From the NCBI GenBank assembly GCA_049243005.1, contig JBMLOK010000269.1:2713-54208 (forward strand): 51,496 nt of DNA, given 5' to 3'. Position 1 is the stretch's first letter. The number at the start of each line of letters is the position of its first letter. The notes under the pieces are model-generated. The model saw nothing but the letters and a program-made list of their open reading frames with translations. It was not told the origin of the DNA and searched no databases. The DNA is from Bacteroidia bacterium (GTDB lineage: Bacteria > Bacteroidota > Bacteroidia > UKL13-3). Both the position numbers and the translations under genes were made by a program. Below, one piece after another: positions 36,978 through 44,900 of the stretch.

Positions 36978-37640
36978 TTATTGAAAAATATAAATAAGTT
37001 TTTTAGTTTCAAAAAACTCTTCCTTGAAGTATTCTGTTAGCGGAACTTCCTGAATATGAAGTTTTCTATTGATATCTTTAAGAGCTTTAAATTCTTCTTT
37101 TAAATCACCACCTTTTAAAAACAGAAATCCATTGATTTTACTATTAAAATCTTCCTTAATTTCAATATATCGGTGTGTCCATCTATATAATTGTTCAGTA
37201 GCAGCAACAGCTCTGGCCGTAACAAAGTGAAATGGTTCATTCAATTGCTCTACCCTACCAACAACAAAATCTGTGTTTTCAAGACCCAAACTTTCAGAAA
37301 CTGATTCTGCAACCTTAATTTTTTTTGCAATAGAATCTATCATTGTAAACTCCGCTTCAGGAAACATAATGGCTAATGGAATCCCTGGAAATCCACCACC
37401 TGTTCCTAAATCTAAGATACGTGTGCCTGGTTTAAACTGAATGAATTTCGCTATTGCTAAACTATGTAAAACATGTTTTTCGTAAAGAGCATCTATGTCT
37501 TTTCTTGATACTACATTTATTTTCTCATTCCACTCAGTATAAAGTGATTTAAGGTTTGTAAATTGTTCCTTTTGTAGATCTGTTAAATCAGGAAAATAAT
37601 GAAGAATCAATTGCATGTCTGTTAAATTTTCCATTACCAA
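36978..37640 (-). CDS. rsmG: 16S rRNA (guanine527-N7)-methyltransferase RsmG
   Basis: YFPDLTDLQKEQF..L...Y..WNEKINVVS, the SAM motif ILDLGTGGGFPGIPLAI, and ARAVA are present. The start is ambiguous (ATG at 37640, 37634 or 37616). Confidence 0.85.
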   Translation of the reverse strand: MVMENLTDMQLILHYFPDLTDLQKEQFTNLKSLYTEWNEKINVVSRKDIDALYEKHVLHSLAIAKFIQFKPGTRILDLGTGGGFPGIPLAIMFPEAEFTMIDSIAKKIKVAESVSESLGLENTDFVVGRVEQLNEPFHFVTARAVAATEQLYRWTHRYIEIKEDFNSKINGFLFLKGGDLKEEFKALKDINRKLHIQEVPLTEYFKEEFFETKKLIYIFQ

Positions 37641-38770
37641 ATTTTCCTTTTTTTTGTAACAAGCCCCTTAAAACCATAAATATAAACAAAAAACAAATAC
37701 AATAAATCTAACAACGGTATAAACCAAACAATGTTCTTTTGCTTTAACTTATTAAATGCCATGTACGAGATTATAAATTGAACAATCATTTTAACTCCGT
37801 ACAATATCAGAATTAAACGCCAATCAACTAAAAATCCCAAAGTTAAACCCAACCCAACATAAAAAAACAACAAACCTGTATAAAATCCGCCTAATAAAAC
37901 CTGATGTTTAATTTTATAATATTTACCGGTACTATGGTGTCTTGATTTTTGCCTATTCCATTCTTCATAAGTTTTTTTAGCATCTGTCAACACAAAACTT
38001 TCAGGATTTAATTGTACGGAAACATTAGTTGAATTTGCTGCATCTCTAACAAACAAATCATCATCTCCACCTAATATATGTTGGTGCCCTGCAAATCCTT
38101 TATTCTTGAAAAATAATGACTTTGTATATGCAAGATTTCTACCAACGCCCATAAAGGCATTGTTCTGCAAAGCTGCCGAAAAATAAGCCATTCCAGTATA
38201 AGCACAATCGTATCGAATGAATAGATTTAGCAAACCAGAAGTTGGTCTATCTGGAGAATAACCTAATACAATTTCTTTTCCATTGGTGAAACCTGATGCC
38301 ATATGTTTCAACCATTTTTTTGAAGCAGGAGTGCAATCTGCATCAGTAAAAACTAAATGTTCATGTGATGCTGCTTTGATACCAATAGTTAAAGCAAACT
38401 TTTTTCCTGTTGGATATTTTTCCTGCTCAATAATTGTACATATTTTGAGTTTAGGATATTGTTCCTGGTAATACTCTAGTAATTTCTGACTATCATCCCA
38501 ACTACAATCATTAATTACAATTACCTCAAAATTCGGATAATCCTGTTCTAAAACTGATGTTAAATTTTTCTCCAGATTTTCGTATTCATTTCTTGCTGAA
38601 ATAATTACGCTAATTGGGAAATTAGGACTTTGGTTTTCTATTGGTAATTTATAAAAAGCCAACTTTGAAAAAAAGAAAAGGTAGTATCCAATTTGGCCAA
38701 GTATACCAATTGAAAATATTATCAAAAATAAAATCTGTAATTCACTTAATTCTAACTGCATCATCTCCAC
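37634..38770 (-). CDS. Family 2 glycosyltransferase, membrane-anchored
   Basis: 378 aa. ISVIISARNEYENLEKNLTSVLEQDYPNFEVIVINDCSWDDS and FTDADC (the DxD region) are present. TM helices lie at both ends. Confidence 0.8.
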   Translation of the reverse strand: MEMMQLELSELQILFLIIFSIGILGQIGYYLFFFSKLAFYKLPIENQSPNFPISVIISARNEYENLEKNLTSVLEQDYPNFEVIVINDCSWDDSQKLLEYYQEQYPKLKICTIIEQEKYPTGKKFALTIGIKAASHEHLVFTDADCTPASKKWLKHMASGFTNGKEIVLGYSPDRPTSGLLNLFIRYDCAYTGMAYFSAALQNNAFMGVGRNLAYTKSLFFKNKGFAGHQHILGGDDDLFVRDAANSTNVSVQLNPESFVLTDAKKTYEEWNRQKSRHHSTGKYYKIKHQVLLGGFYTGLLFFYVGLGLTLGFLVDWRLILILYGVKMIVQFIISYMAFNKLKQKNIVWFIPLLDLLYLFFVYIYGFKGLVTKKRKIW

Positions 38771-38872
38771 AAAATTAAGGAAGCTAGCTTAGCACTTTTT
38801 ACACCAATATCAACAGGGTGTTAATTAATAGGTCAAAAAATAGCTTGAAAATCTCAAAACTAGATGAATGAA

Positions 38873-39415
38873 CTATTCAAATCCCAATTGTTTTATTATT
38901 TGTTCAATTTGCCAATCTTCAATAGGGTCAAATTCTTCTTTTAAATTAGAATTAAAAACTTTTGCCATTCCTTGCCAGTAAATAGCAGTAAAATTACCTC
39001 TATAGGTCTGAAGTAATTCATAAGTAGTTTTACCGGTTTCTCTGTAAATTAATTTAATTAATATCCTTCCCTGACTTTGGGTCATGTTTAACAAATCGTC
39101 CATAAATTGATCTTTAATAGACTTCTCTGTTCTTTTTAAATATTCTTTCCTTGCACTTTCAGATGGTAATAATTGTAGATTTTGTTCCATCATTTGAAAC
39201 CTAAAACTTGCCATTTTAGCATAAGGCAGAGCTTTTTTTACATTATTAACCAGCTTTTGATATTTCTTTTCGTAATCCGGATCTTTTTTAGCTTTAATAA
39301 TGAAATCAGGCAAAACCACACTTCTTAAAGTATCAGTAGAAACTTCAGTTTGAGCAAAAATTTGGTTAAAACCAAAAATCGAAGCAATTAATAATATAAG
39401 TTTTAAGGTTTTCAT
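38873..39415 (-). CDS. DUF4294-like exported protein
   Basis: 180 aa with a signal peptide. GRILIKLIYRETGKTTYELLQTYRG...IYWQGMAKVFNSNLKEEFDP matches the DUF4294 signature as I recall it. Confidence 0.5.
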   Translation of the reverse strand: MKTLKLILLIASIFGFNQIFAQTEVSTDTLRSVVLPDFIIKAKKDPDYEKKYQKLVNNVKKALPYAKMASFRFQMMEQNLQLLPSESARKEYLKRTEKSIKDQFMDDLLNMTQSQGRILIKLIYRETGKTTYELLQTYRGNFTAIYWQGMAKVFNSNLKEEFDPIEDWQIEQIIKQLGFE

Positions 39416-39434
39416 AGTTTAGGTATACCAAATT

Positions 39435-40592
39435 TTATTCCAACTTATTTTTAAATCTGGTTTTCATGTAAAAAATTCCAACAATTCCCATCAGAATAAA
39501 AACGAAAGATATTATTTCAGCTTGCGTAATTCCATGACCTAGGATATTATATGTAGTATTTACTCTAATTTTTTCAATAGAAAATCTTTCAATTCCGTTT
39601 AAAATCAAATATGTGAAAAAGAATACCCCTGGAGTTTTGAATTTTTTTCTAGAAAACCATAAAACAAACGCTAAACCTATACAAACAATTGCTTCATATA
39701 AAGGTGTTGGATAAACCGGATTAGCCAACTGAGCGCAATGAGTACCTACACAGTCGGGAATTGGAATTCCTTCTCCCAATACATTATGAGGGTATTTGTA
39801 AGACCAAAACCAATCAGGAAGAAAAGCCAAAGCTTCAGGTTTAGGACTCAGGTTATCAATTCCCCAATCACCATCACCACTCAAATGACAACCAACACGT
39901 CCGATTCCATATGCAATCATCAACCCAACAGCTGCAGAGTCAATCATATGGTACCATTTTATTTGATGCTTAGAGGTATAATATAAAATCCCAATTGCTG
40001 CGACTATTAATCCACCATAAAAAGTCAATCCGCTAAATGACAGTAAAGAGCCAATAGGGTCAGCAGCAAATTCATCTAAATTTTCTAAATTATGGAAAAT
40101 TTTTGCTCCAAGAATTCCGCCAATTGCAGCGATTCCAACAATATTTCCCATTAATTGGTAAGGGTGTACATTTTTTGTGATGGTAGTTGGAGTTTTTCCC
40201 TCAAGGGCTTTAGCTTCTTTCGAAGTTGAATAATAACCATAAACTCCACCAGCTAATGCACCAAACCAACTTCCTTTTCCAGAAAGCAAAAATTTCTGTG
40301 GATTTGCAACTAATGAATCATAATCCAAAAACATTTCCAATAATTTAAATCCAACAAAAGCATAAATAATGGTTTGTGTAGCATAATCAACTATTGTAAT
40401 TTTAACATTAATTTTCTCCTTTATCTGAAAGGTTTTCAAAAGTCCATTTGCCTCTCTGTCTTTTAATTCCTGAGATGTAAACCAATATGCAGCTCCAAAA
40501 GACAAAGCCATAAAAAAACCAAAGGTCTGAATTGGTAATTGTAGATTAAACCCAAATAAATCTAAAAGTAAATCTGAAATTGTTGGATACAT
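39435..40592 (-). CDS. lgt: Prolipoprotein diacylglyceryl transferase (long Bacteroidota form)
   Basis: Taken from ATG 40592 (MYPTISDLLLDLFGF...QTFGFFMALSFGAAYW). It has the Lgt-like polytopic topology, GRVGCHLSGDGDWG in place of the GR.GNF motif, and C-terminal YPTPLYE. The track's 32-codon 5' extension has no Lgt-like character. Confidence 0.7.
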   Translation of the reverse strand: MYPTISDLLLDLFGFNLQLPIQTFGFFMALSFGAAYWFTSQELKDREANGLLKTFQIKEKINVKITIVDYATQTIIYAFVGFKLLEMFLDYDSLVANPQKFLLSGKGSWFGALAGGVYGYYSTSKEAKALEGKTPTTITKNVHPYQLMGNIVGIAAIGGILGAKIFHNLENLDEFAADPIGSLLSFSGLTFYGGLIVAAIGILYYTSKHQIKWYHMIDSAAVGLMIAYGIGRVGCHLSGDGDWGIDNLSPKPEALAFLPDWFWSYKYPHNVLGEGIPIPDCVGTHCAQLANPVYPTPLYEAIVCIGLAFVLWFSRKKFKTPGVFFFTYLILNGIERFSIEKIRVNTTYNILGHGITQAEIISFVFILMGIVGIFYMKTRFKNKLE

Positions 40593-40730
40593 GTAAGAAA
40601 ATTTGAAGCGAATTTCGTTTATTAGCTTGTAAAAAAAACGCTTTAAATTATATTCCTCTGACAAATTATCAAAAATCATTAGAATCATTGATAATTAAGT
40701 AGTTTCTTTCTTTAATAATTTGACAATCTT

Positions 40731-41777
40731 ATGAAAACTAAATTAAATATCGATTTACGCTCAGATACAATCAGCTTTCCTTCAAAAGAAATGTTGGAAT
40801 TCATGCAAAATTTAAATCTTGATAATATTGGTGATGATGTGTTTGGCGAGGACAATTATGTAACTGAATTAGAAGAACTTGCTTCGAATATGTTTGGAAT
40901 GGAGGCTGGATTATTTTGCCCAAGTGGAACCATGACTAATCAAATAGCAATTCACTTACAAAGTGGAGCCGGAAAAGAGGTAATTTGTGATGCAATTTCA
41001 CATGTGTATATATATGAAGGAGGAGGAATTGCAGCAAACTCAAATGCTTCTGTTAGATTATTACAAGGTGAAAATGGAAAATTCACAGCTGATGATGTCT
41101 TAAAAAACATCAATAAAGAAGATGTGCATTTCCCAAGAACATCATTGGTTTGCATAGAAAATACAGTTAACAGAGGTGGCGGTGCTTGTTGGGATTTTAA
41201 AGAAATTGAAAAAATTAAGGAGGTTTGTGACTCAAATAAAATCAACCTTCACCTTGATGGAGCCAGAATTTTTAATGCAATTGTATCAAACAATGAAAAT
41301 CCACAGAATTATGGAAAAATTTTCAACTCAATCTCTATTTGTTTATCAAAAGGATTAGGTGCTCCTGTTGGTTCGGTTTTGTTAGGTTCAAAATCATTTA
41401 TTTATGAAGCCAAAAGAATTAGAAAAAGATGGGGAGGCGGAATGCGACAAGCCGGATTTATAGCCGGAGCAGGATTATTTGCTTTAAAAAATAATATTGA
41501 AAGGTTGGCTATTGACCATCAAAGAGCAAAAGAAATAGGTGAAATTTTAATTAACAGAAATTGGGTTAAATCAGTCCTTCCAATTGAAACCAATATCGTG
41601 ATTTTTGAATTATTTGAAAATGTCTCGTTTGAGTCATTTTTATCTAAATTAGGCGAATTCGGAGTAAAAGCCATTCATATTGGTGACAACAAAATCCGAT
41701 TTGTATTTCACATCAATCAAACCAATGAAGATATCGAGTATCTAAAAGAAATTCTGCTGAAAAATACTGGATTTTAA
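40731..41777 (+). CDS. ltaE: Low-specificity L-threonine aldolase (PLP-dependent)
   Basis: 348 aa. DLRSDT...P...M, GDDV(F/Y)GED, F.PSGTM.NQIA, HLDGAR..NA and the SICLSKGLGAPVGSVL region (PLP lysine) are present. Confidence 0.85.
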   Translation: MKTKLNIDLRSDTISFPSKEMLEFMQNLNLDNIGDDVFGEDNYVTELEELASNMFGMEAGLFCPSGTMTNQIAIHLQSGAGKEVICDAISHVYIYEGGGIAANSNASVRLLQGENGKFTADDVLKNINKEDVHFPRTSLVCIENTVNRGGGACWDFKEIEKIKEVCDSNKINLHLDGARIFNAIVSNNENPQNYGKIFNSISICLSKGLGAPVGSVLLGSKSFIYEAKRIRKRWGGGMRQAGFIAGAGLFALKNNIERLAIDHQRAKEIGEILINRNWVKSVLPIETNIVIFELFENVSFESFLSKLGEFGVKAIHIGDNKIRFVFHINQTNEDIEYLKEILLKNTGF

Positions 41778-41933
41778 GTCAAAAATCGGATTCCTATTTT
41801 TATTAGGTGTCTACAAAATACTTCGTTTGCACCCCCTATGTGAATGTTAAAATTTACTAAATGCCTGATGCCTATTGAGAAAAGCATTAAATTGTGCAGA
41901 TATTTTAATTGTGATAAAACCAATTTATTCAAA

Positions 41934-44900
41934 ATGAATAAAAAAATACTATTGGCATTTTTGCTGTTTCTGAGTTTGAAATCTTTTAGTCAGCCATTCA
42001 CTAATGTGATTAGCAGCAGCGGATTAGATGCAAATCGAGCACAAATATTAGATGTACTCGATTATAACAATGACTCTTGGGAGGATGTGATTTTATTGAA
42101 TGGCATTTCATCTACTCCAAAATTATATCGCAATATCGGAGGTAATTTTACAGATGTCACGACATTAGCAGGTTTATCAGGAATTAATTCAGTTGATGAA
42201 TCTTTTTCTGCATTTTCATTTGACTATAACTCAGATGGATTTCAGGACATCATGTTCGTTAAAAATGAACCATCTGGTTTTATGCGATTGTTCAAAAATA
42301 ATTGCGGAAACAATTTTACTGAAGTAACAAGTGAATTAAACATTCCTCAAGGAATTAACTTTATTACCTCAAGCACAACAGGTGATGCCAATATTCAAAT
42401 ATCAGATTATGATGAAGATAGTGATTTGGACTTGGTTTTTGCCCGTGTTTTAAATACAAATGAAAGAAGGATTTCAGTTTTAATTAATAGTGGTGCAACT
42501 CTTAATACCATCGATGATATTGTTACTGGATTTGGTTCTACTGTTGATCCAATAATTGTTATGTTCGATTATGACAACAACTTTAATGATGATATTTTAG
42601 TAATTAGAAAAACAGCTGAAAATGGAACTGACCAAGTAGATCTTTATGAAAATAATAATGTAGGAGGTTTTTCAATTTTACCTGGAACCGGTTTAACTAA
42701 TAGTAGTAATGTAGGATTTGCTAACCTTTGGGATTATAATAGAGATGGTTTTGTTGATATTTTATTAGGTACAAAAGATGTTTTAAGTCCTGGACCAGGC
42801 AATCAGAAAAATAAGGTTTTTAGAAACAATGGAAATGGAACTTTCACTGATCAAACTAGTTTAGTAAGTGCATTTGATGCAGTAAACAACAATACTGTTA
42901 ATTATATTGGCTCTTATATTTTCGATTTAGAAAATGATGGCGATCTAGATGTTTTATGGCAAACCAGAACTTCTGGTCCAGTAACAGATGCAAGTACTCC
43001 ATCACTAATGAGAAACAATGGAAGTAATGTTTTTACTCCAAGACAAACGGTTGTTCTTCCAAATTTAAATTATGGAGGTTCTGCTTTATCAAAATTTGCA
43101 GTATTTGATTATAATAATGATGGTTATCCAGATATTTTCAGATTTGGAAGTGCCAATGTTGCTAATGATGCTGTTTTATATAAAAACAATGCTACAGGTA
43201 ATAATTTCATATCAATTAAACTATTAACATGTTCTGGTGCTGCTGATCCTAGAGGAGCAAGAGTTAAAGTAACTGCAGGTGGGATTTCAACGACAAAATT
43301 CTATGGTTCAAATTCATTAGGCTCTGCAACAACTTATGGTTCAGAAAAACTATATTTTGGTTTAGGTACAAATACAAGTATTGATAGCGTAGTAATCTAT
43401 TGGCCCGATGGCACCATTACTACAGAAACAAGTATATTCCCAAATCAAACAGCTGTCATAACAAATGATATCAATTGTAATTTAGGAAATCCATTAGTAG
43501 TGGATTTAGGCCCTGATACTCTAACAGTTTGTAATACCGACAGAGGAAACCTTAGTTTAGTTGGTCCTTTTGATTCATATCTATGGAGTACCACAGAAAC
43601 AACTCCTAGTATTGATGTAACTAAAGAAGGTTGGTATTCTGTAACAGCCGGAATTTTATCAACAGGTTGTTTTGCCAATGATAGTATTTATGTTGTTTTT
43701 GGAAATGCTGATATTCTTCAAAATGATACCCAAATTTGTGTTGGCAATCCGGTAAAACTTGATGCATCGCCAAGATATGATTGTAATCCATTTGGAGCTC
43801 CGGTTGCCATTGGTACTTATACTGCAGGTCGCCCAATTACAGGATATGATTATTTGGGGGAATTCAGTGGCCACTATTATTATATGGCTAAAACAAATAG
43901 TACTTGGTCTAAAGCTGCCCAAGATGCGTTGAATGCCGGTGGTACCTTAGCTATTATTAATTCTATAGAAGAACAAAATTTCATTCAATCATTGTCTACG
44001 GTTAAAGATAATCTTTGGCTTGGAATGTTAAGGGATCCAATTAATAGACAATTCAGGTGGATGAATTGTGAAAATGTAAATTTCCAGAATTTTGGACCGG
44101 GAGAACCGACCGATGTTACTGGTGAAGATTATGTGTTTATGAAAAATTCTACCTGTCCTGATGCAGGAACCTGGAAACAATGGGTAATTGATGATAATGT
44201 TAATCCTGATGCTTGTTTAAGCAATATGTATGGCTTAATGGAATTAGATGTAAATGCATCAAACATTAAATACAAATGGTCTAGCGGAGAAACAACAAGT
44301 AGTATAACTGTTACACCTACTACTACTACAAGTTATTTGGTTGATGTTACATTTGGCAATGCAACATGTTCGGATGTAGTATCTGTTATTATCCCAGATT
44401 TAAATAATATTTTCCCATCAGATACTCTAAAAACCTGTGGTGGTGATAGTTTATTTTTGTTTTCAATTGGTGGAATGAAAAATTATTCATGGAGCAATGG
44501 TGAAACCGGTGAATCTATTTTTGCAAAATCTAATGGTTGGTACAAAGTAGATGTCATTTCAAATGGTGGTTGCTCTGGAACTGATAGTGTTTATTTGATT
44601 ATCTTCAATGCAGCTATTAGAACACCGGATACAAGTTTATGCTGGAATACTCCTTTTACTTTAAGAGGACCTAGCACTACATTGAGTTATTCAGAATATT
44701 ATTCAGAAACATTCATTGGACCAGCACCATTTAATGGTTTTAGTAGAAATTCAAATTTTACTTTTAATGGTAGTAGAGTTTTAGGTTTCTTTCATAATGA
44801 CTCTGTTTTCTTTGATTTAAAAGGCTTACCAAGTCATGATTCATTAGAAATTTCTTATGACTTATATATTCATGATACTTGGGAAGGAGATTGTTCACTA

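Noticed and set aside
38770-38777. Minus-strand TAatTTTG box overlapping the GT2 start codon.
   Set aside because: It overlaps the first ATG of the ORF, so it is either coincidental or the real start is a downstream Met (38764 or 38761). The sequence alone cannot decide.
40593-40688. 32-codon N-terminal extension of lgt.
   Set aside because: Lgt-like sequence begins at MYPTISDLL (ATG 40592). The extension would consume most of the divergent promoter region shared with ltaE.
41844-41933. 30-codon N-terminal extension of the giant adhesin ORF.
   Set aside because: The internal ATG at 41934 is immediately followed by a canonical signal peptide (MNKKILLAFLLFLSLKSFSQ). The extension has no signal-peptide character.
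43445-43922. Cluster of three antisense ORFs (71-87 aa) inside the adhesin gene. Similar 60-100-aa antisense or out-of-frame ORFs occur elsewhere (6750-6935, 10150-10714, 11382-12175, 15019-15689, 16216-16431, 17072-17263, 20286-20486, 23222-23488, 24047-24322, 27886-28095, 28192-28494, 29728-29931, 31444-31653, 32251-32439, 38283-38471, 39738-39986, 40952-41358, 45340-45816, 46649-46858, 48762-48944, 49966-50160).
   Set aside because: All are fully embedded in, or straddle, much longer ORFs with clear family signatures. Their translations are low-complexity with no recognisable motifs.
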